In this document: positions 28,957 to 37,964 of the stretch, in pieces
Numbering within the stretch: the stretch's first letter is position 1
How the letters are laid out: each line of letters begins with the position of its first letter
Source: Myxococcota bacterium
GTDB lineage: Bacteria > Myxococcota_A > UBA796 > SXON01
NCBI GenBank assembly: GCA_040386535.1
Contig: JAZKFH010000002.1
Span: forward strand, 252,867-316,866
Direction of reading: 5' to 3'
DNA length: 64,000 bases
Position numbers and translations under genes: made by a program
The notes under the pieces: generated by a model
Database searches by the model: none
The model's input: only the letters and a program-made list of their open reading frames with translations
What the model was told of the DNA's origin: nothing

Positions 28957-29973
28957 TCAGCGCTTCATGGGCTCGGGGCGCTCTTCTCGGCCGTCCGCGT
29001 GCCGCGCGAAGCGACCGGACTCGCGGCCATGCACCGGGTCGTCCTTGGGCCAGGGCCAGCCGCCGAAGTGGGTGCGGCGGTACTCGGAGAACGCCTCGTG
29101 GATCTCGGTCGGTGTGTTCATCACGAACGGCCCGTGCTGCACCACCGGCTCCCCGATCGGCCGGCCCTGCAGGAGCAGCAGCTCGGCGGGCTGGTCGCCG
29201 CTCTCGTTCTCGAGGAGCACCGGCACGTCGGGGCGGAGCTTGATGCCCGTGGGCGGGGTGACCGGCTGACTGTCGACCTTCACGGTGCCGCCGAGGAACA
29301 GGTACAGGTTGCGGTTGGCGCCGGGGGTGGCGGGCGGCAGCGTCCACTTCCCGCCCGGGTCGAGCTTGATCGCCCAGATCGCCACGTCGGTGTCGGGGCG
29401 TGAGGCCCACGACGACGGCGGCGGCGAGGGCGGGCGATGGCCCTGAAGCTCGCCCGCCACCACGGTGATCTCGACCCCCTCCCCCTTCACGCGCGGGATG
29501 CCCTCGTTCCAGAGCATCGCGAAGTGGGCCGGCACCATCTTGTCGGCCTTCGGCAGGTTCATCCAGATCTGGAAGAGCTCCATCGGGTTGGGCGCGTCCC
29601 GATTCAGGAGCGGGAACATCTCCGAGTGGGAGACGCCGCGGCCGGCGGTCATCCACTGCGCGTCGCCACTGCCGAACCGCGCGGTGGCCCCGAGGGAGTC
29701 GGAGTGGTCGATGTAGCCGCTGCGCGCGAGCGTCACGGTCTCGAAGCCACGGTGCGGGTGCTGGGGGAAGCCCGGCACCTGGCGCCCGTGGTACATCCGC
29801 CAGCCATCGATCCCGGCGAAATCCTGGCCCATGTCACGCCCGGCGAGGGACGCGACAGGGCCGAAGCGCTCGTCCCCCTTGGGGTACGCATCGTCGTGAT
29901 GCACGCAGAAGAGGAAGGGATCCTCGGTGTGCCAGACGAAGCCGAGGGGACGAGTCGAGTGGATTGCGCTCAT
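28957..29973 (-). CDS. Pirin family protein
   Basis: GFPQHPHRGFETVT, HSDSLG, QWMTAGRGVSHSE, FQIWMNLP and GPFVMNT. Confidence 0.95.
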   Translation of the reverse strand: MSAIHSTRPLGFVWHTEDPFLFCVHHDDAYPKGDERFGPVASLAGRDMGQDFAGIDGWRMYHGRQVPGFPQHPHRGFETVTLARSGYIDHSDSLGATARFGSGDAQWMTAGRGVSHSEMFPLLNRDAPNPMELFQIWMNLPKADKMVPAHFAMLWNEGIPRVKGEGVEITVVAGELQGHRPPSPPPSSWASRPDTDVAIWAIKLDPGGKWTLPPATPGANRNLYLFLGGTVKVDSQPVTPPTGIKLRPDVPVLLENESGDQPAELLLLQGRPIGEPVVQHGPFVMNTPTEIHEAFSEYRRTHFGGWPWPKDDPVHGRESGRFARHADGREERPEPMKR

Positions 29974-30029
29974 CCGGAGAACGTACCTCCGGACGCGTGC
30001 GCGGGCCCTACACGTCCGCCGGGGCGCGT

Positions 30030-30530
30030 CTACTCGAGCTGGCCGGCGTCGGTGATCTCGACCTTCTGGCTCGTGGAGCCGCTGGAGGAGCCGACGGCCT
30101 CGACGGCCTTGACCACGTTCATCCCCTCGACCACGGAGCCGAAGACGACGTGCTTGCCGTTGAGCCAGTCACACGGGACCGTCGTGATGAAGAACTGCGA
30201 GCCGTTGGTGCCGGGGCCCGCGTTCGCCATGCTCAGCAGGCCGGGCGTGGTGTGCTTGAGCGTGAAGTTCTCGTCCGCGAACTTGGTGCCGTAGATGCTC
30301 TTGCCGCCGGTGCCGTTGTGGTTGGTGAAGTCACCACCCTGGAGCATGAACTGCTTGATGACGCGGTGGAAGATGCTGCCCTTGTAGCCAAAACCCTTCT
30401 CGCCCGTGCAGAGGGCGCGGAAGTTCTCGGCGGTCTTGGGGGTAACGTCGGCGCGCAGCTCCATCACGATGCGGCCGGCGGGGGCGCCACCGATGGAAAC
30501 GTCGAAGAAAACGCGGGGATTGGCGGACAT
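30030..30530 (-). CDS. Cyclophilin-type peptidyl-prolyl isomerase
   Basis: [41 protein letters not shown] and [16 protein letters not shown]. Confidence 0.97.
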   Translation of the reverse strand: MSANPRVFFDVSIGGAPAGRIVMELRADVTPKTAENFRALCTGEKGFGYKGSIFHRVIKQFMLQGGDFTNHNGTGGKSIYGTKFADENFTLKHTTPGLLSMANAGPGTNGSQFFITTVPCDWLNGKHVVFGSVVEGMNVVKAVEAVGSSSGSTSQKVEITDAGQLE

Positions 30531-30605
30531 GGGAGCTCCAGGGCGTCGAGGGAAGCCGCCCATTAACGTGGCCGCGCGGTCGGAGCCCACGGTTTCAGAG
30601 CTGGT

Positions 30606-31247
30606 TCACGGGGCGGGCGGCGCCTCGGGGCCCATGACCTTGGGAGGGGCGTCGGCGGGGGCTTGCGGGGCCGCTTCGGCTGCGGCTTCCGCGGGCGCCG
30701 GGGCTTCCGGTGCGGCCTCAGGCGTGGCGACCGGCACGTCCCGCAGATCCTTCGGGAGGTCCGCGATCCGGGGGGCCTGCTCGCCGAACTTGCGCCCGAG
30801 ATCCGTGAGGAACGCGTCCAGGCGCGCGCGGCGGCCCGCCACCGTGTTGGTGTAGCGGAACCACGCGCTGTGGACCTTGAACTTCTCCGCGATGGTGACG
30901 ATCGCGCCGTCGTCCCGGCGGATGATCTCGATGGTGACGCAGCCGCCGTAAGGCGCGCCCTGATCGACCACGCAGCGGACGAGGCGGCGGTCCTTGAGCG
31001 TCTCCGCGGTCTCGAAGGTGACCGCGGCGCCGGACTTCGGCACCTCGCGCCACACCTCGTGCCCGCGCACGTCCGGCTGGCGCTCCATGGCGGCGAGATC
31101 GCTGCGCCACGTGGGCTGCGCGCCGAGGTCGAGCACGGCGGCCCACACCTCGTCGAGCGGGTGGTGCAGCCGCACGGCGCGCGCGAGGGTGTGCGCCTCG
31201 GACATGGGCTGCGCGCGGGCGAACGCCACGCCGGCGGCGACGATCAC
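30606..31247 (-). CDS. SRPBCC/START-fold protein with Pro/Ala-rich tail (start uncertain)
   Basis: HPLDEVWAAVLD..QPTWRSDL, WREV and GAIVTIAE patterns. Confidence 0.7.
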   Translation of the reverse strand: MIVAAGVAFARAQPMSEAHTLARAVRLHHPLDEVWAAVLDLGAQPTWRSDLAAMERQPDVRGHEVWREVPKSGAAVTFETAETLKDRRLVRCVVDQGAPYGGCVTIEIIRRDDGAIVTIAEKFKVHSAWFRYTNTVAGRRARLDAFLTDLGRKFGEQAPRIADLPKDLRDVPVATPEAAPEAPAPAEAAAEAAPQAPADAPPKVMGPEAPPAP

Positions 31248-31368
31248 GAGGAGGACGGCGAGCGCGACGTAGCGACGGATGGGGACCCCGCGGGACGGGA
31301 GCGTGTATCCCGCCGGGCACGCGCGGCGGCGGCCCGTCGCGTTAGACCGTCGACCCCGCGGAGGCCGG

Positions 31369-32994
31369 ATGCCCGAGTTCCAGTATCAGGAGATGTTCCC
31401 CACCCACGCCCAGCCCGGGGCCGGGGAGACGCCCTACCGCAAGCTCGACGTCGGCGGGGTCGATGTCGTCAACGCGGCCGGGCGCTCGTTCCTGCACGTC
31501 GGCGCCGAGGCCCTGACCGCGCTGACCGCGGCGGCCATCCGCGACATCTCCCACCTGTTCCGCCCCGGCCACCTCGCCCAGCTCCGCGCCATCCTCGCGG
31601 ACCCCGAGGCGAGCGCCAACGACCGCTTCGTGGCGCGCCAGATGTTGCTCAACGCCAACGTCTCCGCCGGCATGGTGCTCCCCTCCTGCCAGGACACCGG
31701 CACCGCCATCGTCATCGGCAAGAAGGGCCACACCGTGCTCACCGACGGGAACGACGAATCCGCCATCGCCCGCGGCGTGTACCGCACCTACACGGAGACC
31801 AACCTCCGGTACTCCCAACTCGCGCCGATCACCACGTACGAGGAGGCCAACACCGGCACCAACCTCCCCGCGCAGATCGAGCTGTACGCCACCCAGGGCG
31901 ACGCGTACAAGTTCCTGTTCGTGACCAAGGGCGGCGGCTCCGCGAACAAGACCTTCCTGTACCAGGAGACCAAGGCGCTGCTCAACCCCGCCTCCCTCCT
32001 GGCGTTCATCGACCAGAAGATGCGCTCGCTCGGCACCAGCGCGTGCCCGCCGTACCACCTCGCCATCGTCATCGGCGGCACGTCCGCCGAGATGACGCTC
32101 AAGACGGTGAAGCTCGCCAGCGCCCGCTACCTGGACGATCTCCCCACGCGCGGCAACAAGCTGGGGCACGCCATCCGTGACACGGAGCTCGAAGCCCAGG
32201 TGCTCGAGCTCTCCCGCAAGACCGGCATCGGCGCCCAATTCGGCGGGAAATATTTCTGTCACGACGTGCGTGTCATCCGCCTGCCCCGCCACGGCGCCTC
32301 CTGCCCCGTCGGCATCGGTGTCTCCTGCTCCGCGGACCGGCAGGCGCTCGGCAAGATCACCGCCGAGGGCGTGTTCCTCGAGGCGCTCGAGACCAACCCG
32401 GCGCAATACCTGCCCGAGTTGGAAGCGGGCCACCTCACCGAGGAGGTGGTGCGGGTTGACCTGAACCAGCCCATGGCCGACATCCGCGCCATGTTGTCGC
32501 GCCACCCGATCAAGACCCGCCTCTCCTTGTCGGGCACCATCGTGGTGGCACGTGACATCGCGCACGCCAAGCTCAAGGAGCGCATCGACCGCGGCGAGGG
32601 CCTGCCCAGCTACGTCAAGGACCACCCGATCTACTACGCGGGCCCCGCCAAGACGCCGGACGGGATGGCGTCCGGCTCGTTTGGTCCCACCACCGCGGGC
32701 CGCATGGACTCGTATGTGGATCTGCTCCAAGCCAACGGCGGCTCGTTCGTCATGCTCGCCAAGGGCAACCGCTCCAAGGCCGTGACGGAGGCGTGCAAGA
32801 AGCACGGCGGCTTCTACCTCGGCTCCATCGGCGGTCCCGCCGCGATCCTGGCGCGCGACCACATCCGGAAGGTCGAGGTGCTCGACTACCCGGAGCTGGG
32901 GATGGAGGCGATCTGGAAGATCGAGGTGGAGGATTTTCCGGCGTTCGTGGTGGTGGATGACAAGGGGAATGATTTTTTTGCTGCGTTGTCCTGA
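31369..32994 (+). CDS. fumA: Class I (Fe-S) fumarate hydratase
   Basis: [43 protein letters not shown] and GPTTAGRMD. Confidence 0.96.
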   Translation: MPEFQYQEMFPTHAQPGAGETPYRKLDVGGVDVVNAAGRSFLHVGAEALTALTAAAIRDISHLFRPGHLAQLRAILADPEASANDRFVARQMLLNANVSAGMVLPSCQDTGTAIVIGKKGHTVLTDGNDESAIARGVYRTYTETNLRYSQLAPITTYEEANTGTNLPAQIELYATQGDAYKFLFVTKGGGSANKTFLYQETKALLNPASLLAFIDQKMRSLGTSACPPYHLAIVIGGTSAEMTLKTVKLASARYLDDLPTRGNKLGHAIRDTELEAQVLELSRKTGIGAQFGGKYFCHDVRVIRLPRHGASCPVGIGVSCSADRQALGKITAEGVFLEALETNPAQYLPELEAGHLTEEVVRVDLNQPMADIRAMLSRHPIKTRLSLSGTIVVARDIAHAKLKERIDRGEGLPSYVKDHPIYYAGPAKTPDGMASGSFGPTTAGRMDSYVDLLQANGGSFVMLAKGNRSKAVTEACKKHGGFYLGSIGGPAAILARDHIRKVEVLDYPELGMEAIWKIEVEDFPAFVVVDDKGNDFFAALS

Positions 32995-33105
32995 TAACGT
33001 ACGAAAACAAGCACCGGCTAACCTGCAAAATGCCCCGTATCCCGGACGGCCAGGGTTGACGGACTGGACACACCGAGGACACACTGGCCCCTGACGGAGG
33101 GGTTG

Positions 33106-34365
33106 ATGGCCTCACTCTCGGTGGATGACCTCGGTGGCGGGCGGTTCAAGGTTCGGTGGCGGGAGCTCGTGCCCGGGGGCGACGGCCAGCCACAGCGGGG
33201 TGCGGATGGGCGGCTGGCACGTCGGAACCGCTCGCTGACCGTGGAGGGCAAGGCCGCCCGGGACGAGCTTGTGGCGCGCGTCCGTCGGGCCCTGCTGGAG
33301 GAAGGCGAGTACCAGCCGCCGACGGCGAGCGAGACCCCTGCAGTGGCCAACCTCGAGCACGCCGCGCTCGCGTGGCTCCGCTGGAAGGCGACCCGGTGCA
33401 GCCCGCGCTCGGTCGTCCGCTACACCCAGCACACTCATCGGTTCTTCGACACGGTTCGGCGGCTCGAGGGCATCGCGAAGGGGTCGGTCGTGCTCGCTAC
33501 GGTGCTATCCCGGGACCTGATCACCCGGTCGATCACCGCGTGGCAGGACGAGAAGCTCTCGGAGTCCTACGTGTACGCCGTCGCGCGGTCCGCGCTGGAG
33601 ATGTGGCGGTGGGCCGCGGACGACCCCGACGCGTGGCCGTCCATGCCGACGCCGCCCCGGGAGCCGAAGGCGTTGCTGCCCCGGCCGCCCATTTATACGG
33701 CACCGCCAGCGCCGACGCTCGCCGAGTGCGACGCCTGCCTGCGTCACCTCCCCATCGACGCGCTCCAGTCGCGCCGGATGGGCACGATCATGCGCTTCAC
33801 GGGCCTCCGTGCCGAGCAGGTGCTGGAGATCCGGCGAGAGGACGTCGACCTCGCCAACGAGGTCCTCGTCGTGCGGGCCGGCAAGAGCCGCGCCGAGAAG
33901 GCGCAGCGGCGGTCGGTCCCCATGGCACGCGCGCTCGTCGCCGAGCTTCGCCCATGGGTGGGAGCCTTGCCCCCGAGCGCGTTCCTCTTCCCGGCCTGGG
34001 GCGTCGTGGGTTCCGAGCGGCGTGCCGGTATCCGGCCGGACACCTTCGCCCGCGCCTGGGAGGAGGCCACGAAGTGGGGCGAGGCCCGCGAGATCGCGTG
34101 GAAGCCGGCGAACCGGAAGATCGCACGGCCAGAGCACTCCTTCCGCGCGGCATTCCAGGCCGCCCTCCGCACAGCCGGCGTGTCCGATGAGATTATCGAC
34201 GGGCTCGTCGGCCACAACGGGGGGACCACGCGCGCGCGTCACTACGCGGGCGACGAAACGCTCCTCCCGCGGATGCGTACCGCCGTTCGGGACCTCGCGC
34301 CGGTGGACTGGAGCGGGCCGTCGGAGGCGCGGGTCGTGAAGATGCGGGCGGGGAGGAAGGGGTAG
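33106..34365 (+). CDS. Tyrosine recombinase/integrase
   Basis: Catalytic residues R (TGLRAEQ), K (AGKS), HxxR (HSFR), H (LVGH) and Y (RHY). GGAGG RBS at 33096-33100. Confidence 0.93.
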   Translation: MASLSVDDLGGGRFKVRWRELVPGGDGQPQRGADGRLARRNRSLTVEGKAARDELVARVRRALLEEGEYQPPTASETPAVANLEHAALAWLRWKATRCSPRSVVRYTQHTHRFFDTVRRLEGIAKGSVVLATVLSRDLITRSITAWQDEKLSESYVYAVARSALEMWRWAADDPDAWPSMPTPPREPKALLPRPPIYTAPPAPTLAECDACLRHLPIDALQSRRMGTIMRFTGLRAEQVLEIRREDVDLANEVLVVRAGKSRAEKAQRRSVPMARALVAELRPWVGALPPSAFLFPAWGVVGSERRAGIRPDTFARAWEEATKWGEAREIAWKPANRKIARPEHSFRAAFQAALRTAGVSDEIIDGLVGHNGGTTRARHYAGDETLLPRMRTAVRDLAPVDWSGPSEARVVKMRAGRKG

Positions 34366-34407
34366 ATGCCGCCGCGACCGGCTCGACCTACTCAGCTCAC
34401 AAACGCG

Positions 34408-35823
34408 CTATCCGAGCAGCCCGCGGATCACGTCCAACGTGTACCGCTTCCGGCTCACGCGATGCATCTCGGGGACGTAGTGTTCCTCCAGTCGTGCGAA
34501 TCCGTGAGGAACCTGAACGTGGAGGAATCGCGCACCAAGCTCCGCAACCTGGGAGCGAACCTGCGCCACGGAGGGTTCGTCGTCGTGGCTCCGATCGACG
34601 GCCACGACCCAGTCGCTCGCGCCAAGCTTCGCTCCTTCTCCACGAAGGAACTCGTTCATCTGATGCAGGTGGATGCCCCCCGCTTCCAATTCAATCCAGG
34701 CCACGGGGCTGCGACCAGGCTGGGCGAGGTAGGCGAGCCCCCCCTCTTCCGGTGGCGCGCCGCGCTTCAGCGATCGCAGGAGGATGTCCAAACGGCCTGA
34801 GCCGCCGTTCCCCTTGGCGTGGCCCGGCTCGTTGATGACCTCGGCGAGGCGGAACAACTCATGGAAGGCGGCCGATGCGCCGCCATCGTCCACGCCCACG
34901 AGGGCGCGCCAGCTGACCAGATCCACCAGGAGCGCCTGGTCGTTCACCAAGAGGCGGTGGTAGTCCTTCTCTCGTCCCGTTCGATGGGGCAGCCGTTCGC
35001 TCTCGCCCGTCAACAGCTCGAGGCGCCGGAGACGCGTCCCAGCTCGGCGCAGGGTGTCGGCCACCGTGCGCGCGACAATCTCGTGGTTCATCCGTCGATA
35101 GGCCTTCCTCACCTCGCCGATGACCTCGCGGTCGAAGGGCTTCTGGGTCCACGCCTTCTCTTCCATCTCGTCGCGCCCGATCCATCCCCAACTGCTCAGG
35201 AACAGCATTGCGCCGGGTTGCTCCCACTCGTGGCCCTGCCACCGCCAGGCGACCGTGAACCGCCCGCCAGTCCCCTCCACGAAGGCGATAGGCACTGGTG
35301 GAACGCCTCCCCCCTCCCCCACATAGCGCCACTCCGACCACACCCTGAGGCCGTGCGCGTTCACGGTGGCCACGGGAACAGGGCTGTCCCCCACCAGGAG
35401 GGTGACCTCCCCGGTGGTCCCGGGCAGCTGCGGGTCGCGGTCCATGCCGAAGAAGTTCCGGCCCCGGGCCTTCTGGCCTTCCGCCGGAAGGTGGGCGGCA
35501 GCCTCGAGCACGACAACGACCCCTCCGGCCGCTCGGTAGGTACGAAGCGCGGCACGAAACCGCCACCACGCACCCCAGTCCTTCTGCACCCTCCCACCGG
35601 CAACTGCAGGGACAACCAGGACCGACGGCGTCGGAAGCGTGGAAATGCACGCTGGGTCATCGCTCCCTGCGCCCGGTACGGGGAGCAGCTCACCGAACGT
35701 ACCTTCCATCTCCGTGCGCTGGGCCGCACACAGCTTCCTCCAGTAGTGCTGCGCGTGAGCGAAGTGAGGGCCCGCGTCGAGGAAGTAGACAGGAACGGAA
35801 TGGTTGAGCGCCATGTGGTGCAT
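34408..35823 (-). CDS. Hypothetical protein with possible C-terminal PD-(D/E)xK-like (NucS-like) domain
   Basis: Long ORF. C-terminal REKDYHRLL ... GRLDILL ... WIELEAG. Start uncertain (35823 or 35814). Confidence 0.55.
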   Translation of the reverse strand: MHHMALNHSVPVYFLDAGPHFAHAQHYWRKLCAAQRTEMEGTFGELLPVPGAGSDDPACISTLPTPSVLVVPAVAGGRVQKDWGAWWRFRAALRTYRAAGGVVVVLEAAAHLPAEGQKARGRNFFGMDRDPQLPGTTGEVTLLVGDSPVPVATVNAHGLRVWSEWRYVGEGGGVPPVPIAFVEGTGGRFTVAWRWQGHEWEQPGAMLFLSSWGWIGRDEMEEKAWTQKPFDREVIGEVRKAYRRMNHEIVARTVADTLRRAGTRLRRLELLTGESERLPHRTGREKDYHRLLVNDQALLVDLVSWRALVGVDDGGASAAFHELFRLAEVINEPGHAKGNGGSGRLDILLRSLKRGAPPEEGGLAYLAQPGRSPVAWIELEAGGIHLHQMNEFLRGEGAKLGASDWVVAVDRSHDDEPSVAQVRSQVAELGARFLHVQVPHGFARLEEHYVPEMHRVSRKRYTLDVIRGLLG

Positions 35824-35950
35824 GTAGCCGCTCACGACGACGCAGCCGCGAGCCCCTCCCGATAAATTGCTTCGTGCTTCTCCGGCCCAGGATGCTCCGC
35901 TCGTTGACGTACACTCACCCCGCCGATTCGCGTACCCCCCGAGAAACGAC

Positions 35951-37039
35951 ATGCCCCCAAATCCGCCCTCCCCCCAACTCCTCGCCTTCGTCCGGTCCCG
36001 CATCCCGATGGTCGAGCACGACTTCGCGGACGCCCCCGCCGAGACCCAGGCGCATGCCCAGCAGCGCGAGGCGATAGGGCGATACGCGCTCTCCCAGGCG
36101 TTCTTCTACGCGGCGGACCTCGTGGTGGAAAGGCCCCCGCTGGTGTCGGTGAAGGCGCGCGCCTACGCGCTGGAGCGCTGGGGAGACCAGGCCGACAAGG
36201 TCTGGACGCTCCGGCGCACGGAGATCCCCCGGGTGGATGGGTGCAAGATCAGCGAGAGCGGGCTGATCTACGAGCACGTCGTCACCGGAGGCATGTTCCG
36301 CTCCTTCATCGACTCGATGCGTCGGGAGCGCGCGGGCACGCTCGACGCCTACCTCGTGGCGTGCTGGTTCCGGGACAACTTCCAGACGGCCTGGGTGACA
36401 CGGGAGGAGGACAAGGAGCTGACGAAGCAGGGGCATCGAAGCAGCCGCGGCGCTTCGTTGGCGGACGCGATGGCCGTGTACCGAGCCTGCGGAATCACGC
36501 TGGCGGAGCGCCCCGCGAGTGCTCCTCCCGCGGTGGTGGCCGGGGACACGGTGTTGGTCGCGGAGGCCGACGAGGCGCGCGAGGAGGACGCGATCCCGCA
36601 CGAGGCCTCCCGTGAGGGCGGAAAATACGCGCCGTTCTTCGCAGCCGTGACGGACGCCCTACGCAAGGTCGGGCCGTCCTTGCGGCTCGCGCACTCCCAG
36701 GACCGCTACTACGCCAAGGTGCACGGCGCCGCCCTTCCCGGCGCCACCCCGTTCCTCGTTGTCTCCCGCAACGGGAGGGTGGGAACTCCCACGATCTCGC
36801 TCGAGGCCGTGTCCGACCGCGCAGGCGAAGAGCCGAGCAGCCCGGCCTGGGCCGACCTGCGCGGCAGCCTCACCGGCTCGGAGTGGCGCATCAGCTACGG
36901 GGAGAAGAACAAGCAACTCTGCCGGTGCAAGCGTGACCTCGCCGAAGCGTTCGACCTCGCAGATGCGGAAGACCGCCAGCGCGCCGCCGAGGCCACCGCC
37001 CGCGCTCTCGTCGAGCTCTGGGACACGATCGCCGGGTAG
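35951..37039 (+). CDS. Hypothetical protein with HNH-like (His-Me finger) N-terminal motif
   Basis: YEHVV ... AWVTREEDKEL..QG ... YRACGI pattern, an acidic linker and a second C-terminal domain. Confidence 0.55.
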   Translation: MPPNPPSPQLLAFVRSRIPMVEHDFADAPAETQAHAQQREAIGRYALSQAFFYAADLVVERPPLVSVKARAYALERWGDQADKVWTLRRTEIPRVDGCKISESGLIYEHVVTGGMFRSFIDSMRRERAGTLDAYLVACWFRDNFQTAWVTREEDKELTKQGHRSSRGASLADAMAVYRACGITLAERPASAPPAVVAGDTVLVAEADEAREEDAIPHEASREGGKYAPFFAAVTDALRKVGPSLRLAHSQDRYYAKVHGAALPGATPFLVVSRNGRVGTPTISLEAVSDRAGEEPSSPAWADLRGSLTGSEWRISYGEKNKQLCRCKRDLAEAFDLADAEDRQRAAEATARALVELWDTIAG

Positions 37040-37234
37040 ACACGCCCCGGCGGGAGCACCGCGCGCCGCGCCACCGGGAGTCGTCTCTCACGGGCGCTCT
37101 CGCCCCGCGAGACACCGATTTGACACACGAGGCTTCCCCTCACTCGGTGACCTCGTTCGAGCGCACCCGCCGGAAGAGCGAAGGTGCTACGCTTCGCGGC
37201 TCCCCCCTCCCCCTACCCCCTCGGGGCCCCCCGC

Positions 37235-37963
37235 ATGGCTGCTGACTTCATCCAGAACCGCCGCAACACGATCGCCCGCTGCCTCCTCCGCGCCCTCGCG
37301 CGCCGCGAGCGCTCCGGCCGCGCCCCCGCGCGCCTGACTGAGCCGGGCCTCGCGACGTGGGTGCAGATGAAGGGCAACCTCGAGCTCCAGCACCTCCTCG
37401 CGCTCGTCGCGGAGGACGCCGCCATCCGCTTCCCGATCCCGGCCGACCTCGGGCGCGTGCTCGACGTCGACTCGCAGAGCTTCTCGAAGATCCTGGACAA
37501 CATCGTCGACGGGTGGCTGCGCGAGCTCACGCCTGATGTGCTCGACGCGCCCCGGCCGGACGCGATCGCGGACTACGCAAAGCTGCTCGAGCTGCCGACG
37601 CGCTTCGCCGGCGCCGATCTGCACAAGATCCAGGCCGACAAGCGCGTCCTGGAGCTCCCCGGCACCGGGGGCCAGCTCGTGGCGCGCGCCCTGGAGCGCA
37701 GCCCGGAGGCCTACCTCCACACGAATTGCACGGTGCTGACGGCGTCCTGGGCAGAGCGCACACTCGCGGGCCTCGCCGCGATGGAGTGGGACGCGCCCGG
37801 CGTCGACTTCACCCGGGACGACGCCGACCTCGCGTGGGCCACGGAGCCCGATCAGCGCCACCGCTTCGACCTCGTGTTCGGCCTGCTCCCGGAGAAGGGC
37901 GGACGGTGGGACACGGCGACGCTGCAGAGCCGCTTCCCGGCGGCCACCATCGTGCTGGTCTGA
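37235..37963 (+). CDS. Uncharacterised 242-aa protein leading the Pgl/BREX operon
   Basis: Host-like high-GC3 codons, 1-bp gap to pglW, and a Rossmann-like RVLELPGTGGQL motif. Confidence 0.75.
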   Translation: MAADFIQNRRNTIARCLLRALARRERSGRAPARLTEPGLATWVQMKGNLELQHLLALVAEDAAIRFPIPADLGRVLDVDSQSFSKILDNIVDGWLRELTPDVLDAPRPDAIADYAKLLELPTRFAGADLHKIQADKRVLELPGTGGQLVARALERSPEAYLHTNCTVLTASWAERTLAGLAAMEWDAPGVDFTRDDADLAWATEPDQRHRFDLVFGLLPEKGGRWDTATLQSRFPAATIVLV

Positions 37964-37964
37964 C

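Noticed and set aside
37040..37234. Structured ncRNA upstream of the BREX operon
   Set aside because: A few GC-rich stems and a TTGACA are visible, but there is no recognisable RNA family or terminator U-tract; support is insufficient.
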